From an uncultured Congregibacter sp. (GTDB lineage Bacteria > Pseudomonadota > Gammaproteobacteria > Pseudomonadales > Halieaceae), in contig CAZGGN010000001.1 of NCBI GenBank assembly GCA_964525195.1, forward strand, positions 1-63,121: a stretch of 63,121 nucleotides of DNA, given 5' to 3'. Of the stretch, positions 1-9,990 are shown one piece after another (the first letter of the stretch is position 1; each line of letters begins with the position of its first letter). Both the position numbers and the translations under genes were made by a program. A model generated the notes under the pieces. It ran no database searches. It saw only the letters and a program-made list of their open reading frames with translations, and had not been told where the DNA came from.

Positions 1-765
1 GCGATCAAGCGCGCTACCGATCACCTGCTCTCAGGCAAGCGTGCGCTGGTTATCGGCTACGGCGATGTAGGCAAGGGCTCTGCGCAGTCACTGCGTCAGG
101 AAGGCATGATCGTACGCATCACCGAAGTGGATCCGATCTGCGCCATGCAGGCCTGCATGGATGGCTACGAGGTCGTATCGCCGTTTATCGACGGCATTGA
201 TGACGGCACGGACGCCTGCATCGATCGTGAGCTGCTGCAAAAGACCGATCTGCTGGTGACGACTACGGGCAACTACAACGTCTGCAACTCACGCATGCTC
301 AGCGCGCTGAAGAGTGCCGCACTGGTGTGCAATATCGGTCACTTTGATAACGAGATCGATACGGCCTTTATGCGTCGCGAGTGGCAGTGGGAAGAGATCA
401 AGCCGCAGGTACACAAGGTTTACCGCGATCAGGCTGCCAACGACCACCTGATCCTGCTCTCGGAAGGGCGTCTGGTAAACCTGGGCAATGCGACCGGACA
501 TCCGTCGCGCATTATGGATGGCTCCTTTGCCAACCAGGTACTGGCCCAGATCTATCTCTACGAGCGTCGCTTTGCAAACCTGGAAGACAACCTCAAGCCC
601 GCTGCGGTCAAAGTGGAAGTGCTGCCCAAGAAGCTGGACGAAGAAGTGGCCGCGCACATGGTCGCGGGCTTTGGCGGGGTCGTGACCAAACTGACCCAGG
701 AGCAGGCGGACTACATCCACGTGTCTGTGGACGGGCCGTTCAAGGGCGAAGACTACAAGTACTGA
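1..765 (+). CDS. ahcY: Adenosylhomocysteinase, 5'-truncated by window edge
   Basis: Frame open from base 1 (AIKRATD...[10 protein letters not shown]); [10 protein letters not shown] and [14 protein letters not shown] motifs; ends YKY. Confidence 0.97.
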   Translation, partial: AIKRATDHLLSGKRALVIGYGDVGKGSAQSLRQEGMIVRITEVDPICAMQACMDGYEVVSPFIDGIDDGTDACIDRELLQKTDLLVTTTGNYNVCNSRMLSALKSAALVCNIGHFDNEIDTAFMRREWQWEEIKPQVHKVYRDQAANDHLILLSEGRLVNLGNATGHPSRIMDGSFANQVLAQIYLYERRFANLEDNLKPAAVKVEVLPKKLDEEVAAHMVAGFGGVVTKLTQEQADYIHVSVDGPFKGEDYKY

Positions 766-772
766 GGCCACT

Positions 773-1609
773 ATGGGCAAGAAAGCCGTTATCAGCTTTG
801 AGTATTTCCCGCCGAAAACTGAGGCGGGACGCGAGAAGCTGCTCAAGGTCACAACCCCGGCACTGGAAGCGGTAGGTCCCGAGTTTTACTCGGTGACCTA
901 CGGCGCCGGCGGCTCTACCCGGGACAACACCCGGGGCACCGTCGAGGCGCTCAGGGCGCAGGGTCTGGATGTGGCCCCGCACCTGAGCTTTGGCCTGGAC
1001 GATGAAGCCACCATTGAAGCGCTGCTCAAGGATTACGCTGCGGCCGGTATCAACCGGGTGGTCGCCCTGCGCGGCGACCTGCCCTCCGGGGCCGGAGGCG
1101 GTGCCCGCCTGGTCTATGCCAATGAACTGGTGGCATTTATTCGGGAACGGACCGGCGATCACTTCCACATCGAGGTGGCGGCGTATCCGGAAATTCATCC
1201 CCAGGCCACAAGCTACGAGAGCGATATTCAGTATCTCAAGGGCAAATTCGACGCCGGCGCAGACAGTGCGATCACCCAGTACTTTTACAATGTAGAGGCG
1301 TATTTCTATTTCCTGGATCGCTGCGCGGCGATTGGCATCGACAAGCCGATCTACGCCGGCATCATGCCAATTACCAACTATTCGAACCTCGCGCGGTTTT
1401 CGCGTAATTGCGGCGCAGAGATACCGCGTTGGATCTGCAAAAAACTCGAAGGCTACGCGGATGATCAGGACAGCATTCGCGCTTTCGGCGTTGAGGTAGT
1501 TACCCAGCTTTGTCAGACCCTGATCGACAGCGGCGCCCCGGGGATTCATTTTTACACCATGAACCAGACCGAGCCGACGCTGCAGATCTGCAGGAATCTG
1601 GGCATTTAA
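773..1609 (+). CDS. metF: 5,10-methylenetetrahydrofolate reductase
   Basis: SFEYFPPK, SVTYGAGGS, ALRGD, AITQYFY, HFYTMN motifs; follows ahcY. Confidence 0.97.
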   Translation: MGKKAVISFEYFPPKTEAGREKLLKVTTPALEAVGPEFYSVTYGAGGSTRDNTRGTVEALRAQGLDVAPHLSFGLDDEATIEALLKDYAAAGINRVVALRGDLPSGAGGGARLVYANELVAFIRERTGDHFHIEVAAYPEIHPQATSYESDIQYLKGKFDAGADSAITQYFYNVEAYFYFLDRCAAIGIDKPIYAGIMPITNYSNLARFSRNCGAEIPRWICKKLEGYADDQDSIRAFGVEVVTQLCQTLIDSGAPGIHFYTMNQTEPTLQICRNLGI

Positions 1610-1621
1610 GGGCGCCGGGTA

Positions 1622-2359
1622 ATGCTGCGCCCGCGATTTTTTACCGCGCAGCCGCTGGCCGAAGGGCAGAGCATTGCCCTGGAAAAAGAGCCTTCCCGGC
1701 ACATCGCAAAAGCCCTCCGCATGCAGGTAGGCGATGCGCTCTGCCTTTTTGATGGCAGCGGCCTGGAGGCCCGGGCAACGATCAGTGCGATTGAAAAAGA
1801 CCGGGTCAGGGCCACCCCGGACACCGTAGCAAGTGTGTCCCGGGAATCGCCGCTGGAGGTCACACTCATTGTCGCCGTATCCCGCGGCGATCGCATGGAC
1901 ACGGTGGTGCAAAAAGCCACGGAGCTGGGCGTCAAGACAATCTGGCCATTGCTGAGCGAGCGCGCCGGTGTACGCCTGGACGGCGACCGCCTGCTGAAAA
2001 AACTCGGCCACTGGCAGCGCATTGCAATCAGCGCCTGTGAACAGTGCGGGCGTAACCAGATACCTGAAATCAGCGCGCCCGCGAAACTGGCCACCGTGTT
2101 GCAGCGGGCTGCGGATACCCGCCCGGGACTGCGCCTGATTCTGCACCCAGCCGGAGAGGTATCGGCGCTCGCGCCGCAGTGTGATTCGCTGCTGCTGCTG
2201 GTCGGTCCCGAGGGCGGCTTCAGTGAGGCGGAGGTCAGCGCCGCCGTGGCTGCGGGATTCCACAACTTTCAGCTGGGTCCGCGCATCCTGCGCACAGAAA
2301 CCGCCCCCCTGGCGGCTCTCGCGGTCGCTCAGGCCCGCTGGGGCGACCTATCCGCATAA
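1622..2359 (+). CDS. rsmE: 16S rRNA m3U1498 methyltransferase
   Basis: QKATELGV, SACEQCGR, VGPEGGFS, LGPRILRTETA motifs. Confidence 0.97.
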   Translation: MLRPRFFTAQPLAEGQSIALEKEPSRHIAKALRMQVGDALCLFDGSGLEARATISAIEKDRVRATPDTVASVSRESPLEVTLIVAVSRGDRMDTVVQKATELGVKTIWPLLSERAGVRLDGDRLLKKLGHWQRIAISACEQCGRNQIPEISAPAKLATVLQRAADTRPGLRLILHPAGEVSALAPQCDSLLLLVGPEGGFSEAEVSAAVAAGFHNFQLGPRILRTETAPLAALAVAQARWGDLSA

Positions 2360-2424
2360 GCACTTCTGCTTGCGGCAATGGCAAGCATTTCGTAGTGTGA
2401 CTCTTTAACCCGTGAGACAAACGC

Positions 2425-3390
2425 ATGAGCATCAAACTGGGCGTGGTGATGGACCCTATCGCCGCCATCAACTACAAAAAAGACAGCACGATGGCCATGC
2501 TCTGGGCCGCCGCCGATCGTGGCTGGTCGCTGTTTTACATGGAACCTGGCGACCTCTCTCTGGAACAGGGTGCTCCCGTTGGACGCATGGCAGAGCTGCA
2601 GGTGTTCCGCGATCCCCAGCGCTGGTATTCACTGGGAGAGCCGCGCTATTCCTCGCTGGCGGATCTGGACGTGATCTTGATGCGCAAGGATCCCCCTTTC
2701 GATAACGAATATGTCTATGCCACCTATATCCTCGAAGCCGCAGAGCGCGCCGGAACGCTGATTGTGAACCGCTGCCATTCGCTGCGGGACTGCAATGAAA
2801 AAGTTTTTGCCACACAGTTTCCCGACTGCTGCCCGCCGGTGCTGGTCAGCGGAGACAAGGCACAGCTCAAGGCCTTTTACGCCGAGCATGGCGATGTGAT
2901 TTTCAAGCCCCTGGACGGCATGGGTGGCACGTCGATCTTCCGGGTCAAACACGACGATCCAAACCTCAACGTGATTCTCGAAACCCTCACCGCCTTTGGC
3001 CGCCAAACCATCATGGCGCAGCGTTATCTGCCCGAAATAAAAGATGGCGACAAGCGCATCCTGATGATTGAAGGAGAACCGATTCCCTACTGCCTGGCCC
3101 GCTTACCTTCTCAGGGCGAGACCCGCGGCAATCTTGCGGCCGGAGGCACAGGCCGCGCGCAGCCGCTGTCGGATCGTGACCGCTGGATCGCCGAGCAGGT
3201 AGGACCGTCGCTTCGGGAACGCGGACTGATCTTTGTGGGACTCGATGTCATCGGTGACTATCTCACCGAGATCAATGTCACCAGCCCTACCTGCATTCGC
3301 GAAATCGACGCGGCCTTCGACACCGATATTGCGGGCAGGCTCATGAGCGCAATCGAGACTCGCCTGGTGGGAGAAACCCGGGCGGAATGA
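2425..3390 (+). CDS. gshB: Glutathione synthetase
   Basis: VMDPI, MRKDPPFD, KPLDGMGG, RGNLAAGG, EINVTSPT motifs. Confidence 0.98.
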   Translation: MSIKLGVVMDPIAAINYKKDSTMAMLWAAADRGWSLFYMEPGDLSLEQGAPVGRMAELQVFRDPQRWYSLGEPRYSSLADLDVILMRKDPPFDNEYVYATYILEAAERAGTLIVNRCHSLRDCNEKVFATQFPDCCPPVLVSGDKAQLKAFYAEHGDVIFKPLDGMGGTSIFRVKHDDPNLNVILETLTAFGRQTIMAQRYLPEIKDGDKRILMIEGEPIPYCLARLPSQGETRGNLAAGGTGRAQPLSDRDRWIAEQVGPSLRERGLIFVGLDVIGDYLTEINVTSPTCIREIDAAFDTDIAGRLMSAIETRLVGETRAE

Positions 3391-4250
3391 ACGTCGCTGC
3401 GGCCGGTAGCAACGACCGCCTGATGCTGGCGGTGCTGATCGCCAGCGCACTCCACGTTCTGGTGATCTTCGGTATCAGCTTTGATGTCTGGCGCGCACCG
3501 AACAGCAGCCACCAGGTCGAGGTCACGCTGGTGCAGACTCCCGGCCGTCGACCGACCCGGGCCGACCATATTGCCCAGGCAGACCAGCAGGGTAGCGGCA
3601 GCGAAGCCCTGCGCGACATCGCCTCGGGACAGCGCAGTGCCATGCCGCAACCGTCGAGCCCGGCCGCGGCACGCGAAACCACCCGCTCCAGCGGTCGCGA
3701 GCGCCTTGCGGCGCCGGCGATTACTTCCAGCAACGGCGAGCGCAAGATCATTGACCGCCGGGGTGAGCAGGACAGTCTGGAAGACCTGCCCGAGGCAGAG
3801 CGGGAGCTCGCCCGGCTCAGCCAGAAACTGGCGAGGCTGCAGGCTGATCTCGATGCGCAGCGACAGCAGTATGCGAATACTCCGCGGGTGCGCCGACTGA
3901 CTGCGGTCTCAGCCCGGGCGGCAGTAGACGCGGCCTATCTGGCCGACTGGCGACGCCGGGTAGAGGCAGTCGGCAATCAGTATTATCCCGAAGCGTCACT
4001 GCGCTATGGTATTTACGGCAGTCTGGAAATGCTGGTCACCGTGCGCAGTGACGGCAGCCTGGAGGACATTCGGGTTCTCAGCTCATCCGGCTATGCCGTA
4101 CTCGATGAGGCCGCAATCCGGATCGTGCGCATGGCGGCACCCTATTCACCGTTCCCGGCGGAGTTGCGCGCCACCACGGATAAATTGGAAATTCTGCGTA
4201 CATGGCAATTCGAAGAAAACCCGCTAAGCTCGAATCAGGTCTTCAATTGA
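3387..4250 (+). CDS. tonB: TonB-family energy transducer (TonB3-like, N-terminal TM with SxxxH, C-terminal TonB domain)
   Basis: IASALH TM motif; YPEA...SSGY...LDEAAIRIVRMAAPY C-terminal domain; gshB-tonB-yqgE synteny. Confidence 0.85.
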   Translation: MNVAAAGSNDRLMLAVLIASALHVLVIFGISFDVWRAPNSSHQVEVTLVQTPGRRPTRADHIAQADQQGSGSEALRDIASGQRSAMPQPSSPAAARETTRSSGRERLAAPAITSSNGERKIIDRRGEQDSLEDLPEAERELARLSQKLARLQADLDAQRQQYANTPRVRRLTAVSARAAVDAAYLADWRRRVEAVGNQYYPEASLRYGIYGSLEMLVTVRSDGSLEDIRVLSSSGYAVLDEAAIRIVRMAAPYSPFPAELRATTDKLEILRTWQFEENPLSSNQVFN

Positions 4251-4326
4251 GACGGCAAATGCAGAACGCGCAGGTCGGGAGTGAGTTTGCGCGGCAATCC
4301 GCAAATCGACTGCGTCGGGATTGCCG

Positions 4327-4896
4327 ATGAAAGTGTCGAGCAGCGATAGCCTGCGCAATCATTTCCTGCTCGCCATGCCGGGTCTCGATTCCGGTCTGTT
4401 TAGTGGCAGCATCAGTTACATCTGTGAGCACGGCGAAGCCGGTGCCATGGGCATCGTTATCAATCAACCGCTGGATCTTTCCCTTGCGGAAGTGTTCGAT
4501 CATCTGGACATAGAAACCACTGAGAACTTTGCAGACCAGCCGGTTCTCGCTGGCGGCCCGGTGCAGATCGATCATGGCTTTGTTTTGCACAGCCGCTCGG
4601 AGAAGCAATGGGACTCCTCCCTGCGCGTCTCCGACAAGCTGCGTCTGACAACGTCCCAGGACATTCTCAAAGCCATTGCCCGCGGCGATGGGCCCGAGGA
4701 GTTTGTCGTCGCGCTCGGCTACGCGGGCTGGTCTGCGGGGCAACTCGAGGATGAGATCGCCAACAACGCCTGGCTCACGCTCCCGGCCAATGAGCAGATC
4801 ATCTTTCACACCCCGATCGAACAGCGCCTCTGTGCGGCGGCAGCGATGCTGGGGATTGATATGAACCTGCTCCCCGTCGAAGCGGGCCACGCCTGA
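4327..4896 (+). CDS. yqgE: YqgE/AlgH family protein
   Basis: HFLLAMP, GAMGIVINQP, GGPV, LGYAGWSAGQLEDEI, terminal AGHA. Confidence 0.95.
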   Translation: MKVSSSDSLRNHFLLAMPGLDSGLFSGSISYICEHGEAGAMGIVINQPLDLSLAEVFDHLDIETTENFADQPVLAGGPVQIDHGFVLHSRSEKQWDSSLRVSDKLRLTTSQDILKAIARGDGPEEFVVALGYAGWSAGQLEDEIANNAWLTLPANEQIIFHTPIEQRLCAAAAMLGIDMNLLPVEAGHA

Positions 4897-4897
4897 G

Positions 4898-5332
4898 GTG
4901 GCAGCGGACAAAGCGGCACAGCGCCTGCTGGCCTTCGACTACGGTCTGCGCCAGATCGGCGTCGCCGTGGGCAATTCCGGCCTGGGGACCACCCAACCAC
5001 TGGCTATCCTTCGCGCCCGGGACGGACAGCCGGACTGGAACGCCGTCAGCAAGCTCTGTGAGGAATGGCAGCCCGACCTTCTGCTGGTCGGGGACCCGCT
5101 GAACATGGATGGGAGCGTCAGCGAACTGGCCGAGCGGGCACGCAAGTTTGCCCGGCGTCTCGAAGGGCGCCTGGGGCTTCCGGTAGCCATGGTGGATGAG
5201 CGACTGAGCAGCTTTGAGGTCAAGCAGCAACAGCGTGAAGCCGGGCATCGCGGCAATTACCGGGAGCAGCCCGTGGACAGTCTCGCGGCGGAATTAATTC
5301 TCGGTGACTGGCTGCGCCAATCCTCAGGCTAA
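4898..5332 (+). CDS. ruvX: Pre-16S rRNA nuclease / Holliday junction resolvase-like YqgF
   Basis: LAFDYG...IGVAVG, VDERLSS, VDSLAAELIL. Confidence 0.95.
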   Translation: MAADKAAQRLLAFDYGLRQIGVAVGNSGLGTTQPLAILRARDGQPDWNAVSKLCEEWQPDLLLVGDPLNMDGSVSELAERARKFARRLEGRLGLPVAMVDERLSSFEVKQQQREAGHRGNYREQPVDSLAAELILGDWLRQSSG

Positions 5333-5342
5333 GCCGGTTATT

Positions 5343-6455
5343 TCAGCGAGAGTCGACCTGCAGATTTACGTCTCTGCCGTAGCTGCTCTTGCTTTTATCA
5401 AACATCTTGATGCCCAGGCGCACTTCGTTCGCCGAATCCGCACAGCGGATCGCCTCCGCCGCACTGATTTCGCCCTCGCGATACTTCTCCAGCAGGGACT
5501 GATCGAGCGTCTGCATTCCCTGTTCCGTGGATTTCGCCATGACCTCTTTGATGAGGTGGATGTTGCCGTTGCGAATATGGTCGGAGATCAGCGGCGAATT
5601 CAGCAGCACCTCCATCACCGGCACGCGACCCTGCCCGGTTACCCGGGGCAGCAGCTGCTGCGCGACCATCGCGTTCAGGTTCAGGGACAGATCCATCAGC
5701 ACCTGAGCGTGCCGCGCCGTGGGAAAGAAGCTCAGGATACGGTCAATAGCCTGGTTGGCGTTGTTCGCGTGCAGGGTACACAGACAGAGATGACCGGTTT
5801 CCGCAAAGGTCAACGCGTGAGCCATGGTCTCTGCAGATCTCACCTCGCCGATCAGGATCACATCCGGCGCCTGGCGCAGGGCATTCTGCAGGCCAATCTC
5901 AAAGGATTCGGTGTCGATCCCCACCTCGCGCTGGGTGACCAGGCACCCGGCGTGATCGTGCACAAACTCAATGGGGTCCTCGATCGACAGAATATGCCCG
6001 CGACTGTTGCGGTTTCGGTGCCCGACCATGGCTGCCAGGGAAGTGGACTTACCCGTCCCGGTTCCCCCGACAAAGATCACCAGTCCGCGCTTGGCCATCG
6101 CCAGATCGGCAACGATGGGTGGCAGGCCGAGTTCCTGAAACCGCGGAATCTCGCTCTTGATACGCCGCAGTACCAGTCCGAACTGCCCGCGCTGGATAAA
6201 GGCGCTCGCGCGAAAACGACCGTGCTCCTCCGAGTGCACCGCGTAGTTGCATTCCTGGTGGTGAAGAAAATCTGACTGCTGGGTGGGCGACATGGTCTCC
6301 AGCACGAGGGCCCGGGTCTGTTCTTCGGTCAGGCCTTCTTTTCCAAGCGCGTGAATTTCCCCGTCGACCTTGATGGACGGCGCTGCCCGGGCGGTGATGA
6401 ATCCGTCCGACGCGCCGCTCTCAACAATTTTCCCCAGCAGCTCTTCGATATGCAT
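5343..6455 (-). CDS. pilU: Type IV pilus retraction ATPase PilU
   Basis: GGTGTGKST, EDPIEF, LRQAPDVILIGE, TLHANNA; downstream of pilT. Confidence 0.93.
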   Translation of the reverse strand: MHIEELLGKIVESGASDGFITARAAPSIKVDGEIHALGKEGLTEEQTRALVLETMSPTQQSDFLHHQECNYAVHSEEHGRFRASAFIQRGQFGLVLRRIKSEIPRFQELGLPPIVADLAMAKRGLVIFVGGTGTGKSTSLAAMVGHRNRNSRGHILSIEDPIEFVHDHAGCLVTQREVGIDTESFEIGLQNALRQAPDVILIGEVRSAETMAHALTFAETGHLCLCTLHANNANQAIDRILSFFPTARHAQVLMDLSLNLNAMVAQQLLPRVTGQGRVPVMEVLLNSPLISDHIRNGNIHLIKEVMAKSTEQGMQTLDQSLLEKYREGEISAAEAIRCADSANEVRLGIKMFDKSKSSYGRDVNLQVDSR

Positions 6456-6510
6456 AGCTATTCTCCAGATTTATTCCGCCGGGCGCTGTCCCTTGTGCAA
6501 TCTGCGCGTC

Positions 6511-7545
6511 CTAGAAATTCTCAGGCATACGCGCTTTTTCGCGAGCAATGTCGCGGGAAATGACCCGCTTGTTGACCAGATCCTTCAGGCACTGGTCCAT
6601 GGTCTGCATGCCCACGGCCTGACCGGTCTGGATGGCCGAGTACATCTGCGCCACCTTGTCTTCGCGGATCAGGTTGCGGATGGCGGAGGTCGCGCGCATG
6701 ATTTCGTGCGCGGCCACACGGCCACCGGCCGTACGCTTGAGCAGCGTCTGGGACACCACCGCCTGCAAGGATTCTGAAAGCATCGAACGCACCATGGACT
6801 TTTCGGCCGCCGGAAACACATCAATCACCCGGTCGATAGTTTTCGCCGCCGAGGTGGTGTGCAAAGTACCGAACACCAGGTGGCCGGTTTCCGCCGCGGT
6901 CAGCGCGAGACGAATGGTCTCCAGATCGCGCATCTCACCCACGAGAATAATATCCGGGTCTTCCCGGAGCGCACTGCGCAGTGCCTCCGCAAAACCCAGC
7001 GTGTCGCGATGCACTTCACGCTGGTTGACCAGGCACTTGCGGCTTTCGTGAACAAATTCGATCGGATCCTCAATCGTCAGAATGTGCTCGTATTTGTGAT
7101 CGTTGATAAAGTCGATCATCGCCGCCAGGGTCGTGGACTTACCCGAACCGGTGGGACCGGTCACGAGCACCAGACCCCGAGGCATCATGCTGATGTCGCG
7201 AAAGACCTGGCCCATGCCCAGGTCCTCCATGGAGAGCACCTTTGAGGGAATGGTCCGGAATACGCCGCCGGCACCGCGATTCTGATTGAAGGCGTTCACA
7301 CGGAAACGAGCAACCCCGGGCACTTCAAACGAGAAGTCCGTTTCGAGGAACTCCTCGAAATCCTTGCGCTGCTTGTCGTTCATGATGTCGTAGATCAGGT
7401 CGTGCACCTGCTTGTGCTCAAGCGGGGGCAGATTGATGCGCCGAACATCACCATCGACACGAATCATAGGCGGCAGGCCGGCGGAGAGGTGCAGATCTGA
7501 AGCACCCTGTTTAGCGCTAAACGCCAGCAGTTCAGTAATATCCAT
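6511..7545 (-). CDS. pilT: Type IV pilus retraction ATPase PilT
   Basis: MDITELLAFS, GPTGSGKSTT, AIRNLIRE motif. Confidence 0.98.
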   Translation of the reverse strand: MDITELLAFSAKQGASDLHLSAGLPPMIRVDGDVRRINLPPLEHKQVHDLIYDIMNDKQRKDFEEFLETDFSFEVPGVARFRVNAFNQNRGAGGVFRTIPSKVLSMEDLGMGQVFRDISMMPRGLVLVTGPTGSGKSTTLAAMIDFINDHKYEHILTIEDPIEFVHESRKCLVNQREVHRDTLGFAEALRSALREDPDIILVGEMRDLETIRLALTAAETGHLVFGTLHTTSAAKTIDRVIDVFPAAEKSMVRSMLSESLQAVVSQTLLKRTAGGRVAAHEIMRATSAIRNLIREDKVAQMYSAIQTGQAVGMQTMDQCLKDLVNKRVISRDIAREKARMPENF

Positions 7546-7662
7546 AAGCCGCCCGTACTCTCCGTTTTTTTATCGAGACATTCTGCATGAAGCTGCGCAG
7601 AGACCAGGCCCCCGGATCTGGGCCTTCATCCAAACCCGGATCGGGCCGGTCATGCGCCGCAA

Positions 7663-7683
7663 TCTGTTACTTGTCTGTTACTT
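7663..7683. promoter_or_regulatory. 11-bp-periodic direct repeat TCTGTTACTT x2; candidate OmpR/PhoB-family site
   Basis: Exact 10-mers at 7663-7672 and 7674-7683 in the divergent pilT/yggS intergenic region. Confidence 0.4.
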
Positions 7684-7722
7684 ATTTGTGCTGCGCAAGC
7701 TGCGCTCCGCTACCATAGCGCC

Positions 7723-8415
7723 ATGAACAGAGATCTCATCCACGCCAATATAGCAAAGGTACTGCGGCAGGTAAGTAGCACCGCGGAAAAATACCAACGG
7801 GACCCGGCGACGGTAAAAGTCATGGCGGTCAGCAAAACCCAGCCCGCCGAAGCGCTGCGCGCTGCCGCAGAAACCGGCCTTCGGGATTTTGGGGAGAACT
7901 ACCTGCAGGAAGCGCTGGAGAAGATCGAGCTCTGCTCGGACCTGGATCTCTGCTGGCATTTCATCGGGCCGATTCAGTCCAACAAGACCCGACCGATCGC
8001 GAACAGTTTTGACTGGGTGCACAGCGTGGATCGGGAGAAGATCCTCCGCCGTCTCAGCGACCAGCGGGACCCGGCGCTGGCGCCGCTCAACATCTGCCTG
8101 CAGGTCAACATCTCCGGCGAGAGCAGTAAATCGGGCGTGGCCCCGGCAGAACTCCCCGCGCTGCTGGCCGTTGCCGCTGCGCTGCCGGCGCTGCAGCTGC
8201 GGGGACTCATGGCGATTCCCGCACCGGCAGACAGTTTTGCAGAGCAGAAACGCGCCTGCGATGCCCTCGCAACGCTCTTCGAACAAGCGCGGCGCGACCA
8301 TCCGGCGCTGGATACCCTGTCGATCGGAATGTCTTCAGATATGGAGGCGGCCATAGCCGCGGGGAGCACCCTGTTGCGCATTGGCACGGCGATTTTCGGC
8401 CCCCGACAAAGATGA
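7723..8415 (+). CDS. yggS: PLP homeostasis protein
   Basis: AVSKT, FGENYLQE, WHFIGPIQSNK, GMSSD...RIGTAIFG. Confidence 0.97.
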   Translation: MNRDLIHANIAKVLRQVSSTAEKYQRDPATVKVMAVSKTQPAEALRAAAETGLRDFGENYLQEALEKIELCSDLDLCWHFIGPIQSNKTRPIANSFDWVHSVDREKILRRLSDQRDPALAPLNICLQVNISGESSKSGVAPAELPALLAVAAALPALQLRGLMAIPAPADSFAEQKRACDALATLFEQARRDHPALDTLSIGMSSDMEAAIAAGSTLLRIGTAIFGPRQR

Positions 8416-8478
8416 AGCCGGAGCAGGCGCGCATGTATACTGTCGCGCCACATTTCTCTCACAGCTAAGGCATACCTC

Positions 8479-9297
8479 TTGAGCACATTCACCACGGCAT
8501 TTGTCGGCGCCGGGAATATGGCAAGCAGTATTATCGGCGGGCTGCTGGCGGGCGGCTTTGACGCCGACTCAATCAGCGCGGCCAACCCCAGCGAAGAGCC
8601 CCTGAACGCTTTGCGCAAACTTGGGTTGAGCGTTCTCGGAAACGACAACAGCGCGATCGCCGGTCCGGCTGACGTGGTGGTACTGGCGGTCAAACCGCAG
8701 ATTATTCGCGGCGTCTGTGAGGCCCTCGCCCCGGTCATGCGCGAGGGCCAGCTGGTCATGTCGGTGGCAGCGGGCGTGGCTGCAGACAGCCTCGATCGCT
8801 GGCTGGGCGGTCGCGCAGACGTGGTGCGCTGCATGCCCAACACGCCATCGCAGCTCGGCGCCGGCGCCAGCGGCCTGTTTGCCCATAGTTCGGTGAGCGA
8901 GCTCAACCGTGAACGGGCAGAAACCGTCATGCGCGCCGTCGGCGTGGTGGAGTGGGTGGATTCCGAATCGCTGCTTCATGCGGTCACCGCTATTGCGGGC
9001 TCTGCGCCCGCCTATTTCTTCCAGTTCATGGAGGCGATGATTGCCGAGGGCACGCGGATGGGTCTGGACCCGGATAGCGCGCGTACACTCTGTGCACAGA
9101 CCTGTATTGGCGCCGGACGTATGCTGGCCGAGGGCGATCTGGACGCGGCAGAGCTTCGCCGGCGGGTCTGCAGCCCTCGCGGAGCGACGGAGCGGGCGGT
9201 CGCATCGTTCACCGCCTCCGATCTCGACAGCATCGTCAGCAAAGCGATGCGCGCCTGCTATGCCCGCTCGGAAGAGATGGCCAGGGAGCTGTCCTGA
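8479..9297 (+). CDS. proC: Pyrroline-5-carboxylate reductase
   Basis: FVGAGNMA, LAVKPQ, RCMPNTP, GSAPAY, VCSPRGAT; TTG start. Confidence 0.97.
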   Translation: MSTFTTAFVGAGNMASSIIGGLLAGGFDADSISAANPSEEPLNALRKLGLSVLGNDNSAIAGPADVVVLAVKPQIIRGVCEALAPVMREGQLVMSVAAGVAADSLDRWLGGRADVVRCMPNTPSQLGAGASGLFAHSSVSELNRERAETVMRAVGVVEWVDSESLLHAVTAIAGSAPAYFFQFMEAMIAEGTRMGLDPDSARTLCAQTCIGAGRMLAEGDLDAAELRRRVCSPRGATERAVASFTASDLDSIVSKAMRACYARSEEMARELS

Positions 9298-9386
9298 ATC
9301 CGGGGCAGCGGTGATTTTTTGAAATCCCGCAGGGATTTTTGCTTGAAAAGCGGTAACGAGAGCAGCAGACAGCTAAGTGGAAAAAC

Positions 9387-9974
9387 ATGAGCGCAATTAA
9401 CGAAATTACCATTTACCTGATTCAGACCGTCGTCAGCCTTTACCTGCTGATCATGCTGATGCGTTTTGTGTTGCAGCTTTCGCTGGCGGACTTTTATAAC
9501 CCGATCTGCCAGTTTCTGGTGCGGGCAACCAACCCTCTGGTCGTGCCGCTGCGCCGACTGATTCCGGCCCGGGGCCGGCTCGACCCCGCGTCCCTGCTCA
9601 TGGCAATCGTGATTCAGCTGCTGGGCATTATCAGCATGCTGTGGATGAACGGGCTGTCACTGCCCTCGCTCAGCCTCCTGCTCGCCTGGTCCGTCATCGC
9701 CGTGATCGGGCTGCTGGTGAAGATTTATTTCTTTGCGCTGCTGGGCATGATCATCCTCAGCTGGATTGCCCCGGGCTCGTCCAATCCGGCAGCCTATCTG
9801 ATGTACCAGATCACCGAGCCCGTGATGGCGCCATTCCGGCGTATGCTTCCATCCATGGGCGGGCTGGATTTCTCGCCCATACTGCTCTTCATCCTGATCA
9901 ACATCGTGCAGATAGTGCTGCGCAATTTTGCCGCCGGCCTGGGACTACACCCGGCGCTGGTGATGGGCATCTGA
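9387..9974 (+). CDS. yggT: YggT family membrane protein
   Basis: [10 protein letters not shown] and GGLDFSP repeats; proC-yggT synteny. Confidence 0.93.
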   Translation: MSAINEITIYLIQTVVSLYLLIMLMRFVLQLSLADFYNPICQFLVRATNPLVVPLRRLIPARGRLDPASLLMAIVIQLLGIISMLWMNGLSLPSLSLLLAWSVIAVIGLLVKIYFFALLGMIILSWIAPGSSNPAAYLMYQITEPVMAPFRRMLPSMGGLDFSPILLFILINIVQIVLRNFAAGLGLHPALVMGI

Positions 9975-9990
9975 TCTGCCAGAATGCACC

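Noticed and set aside
740-2263. 507-aa minus-strand ORF, and similar long antisense ORFs (5304-6275, 15078-15935, 33919-34914, 36291-37202)
   Set aside because: Shadows of well-supported genes on the opposite strand; expected at high GC; no recognisable motifs.
9322-9340. AAATCCC-GCA-GGGATTT hairpin as a terminator after proC
   Set aside because: Weak AT-rich stem with a 3-nt loop inside a probable operon; insufficient support.
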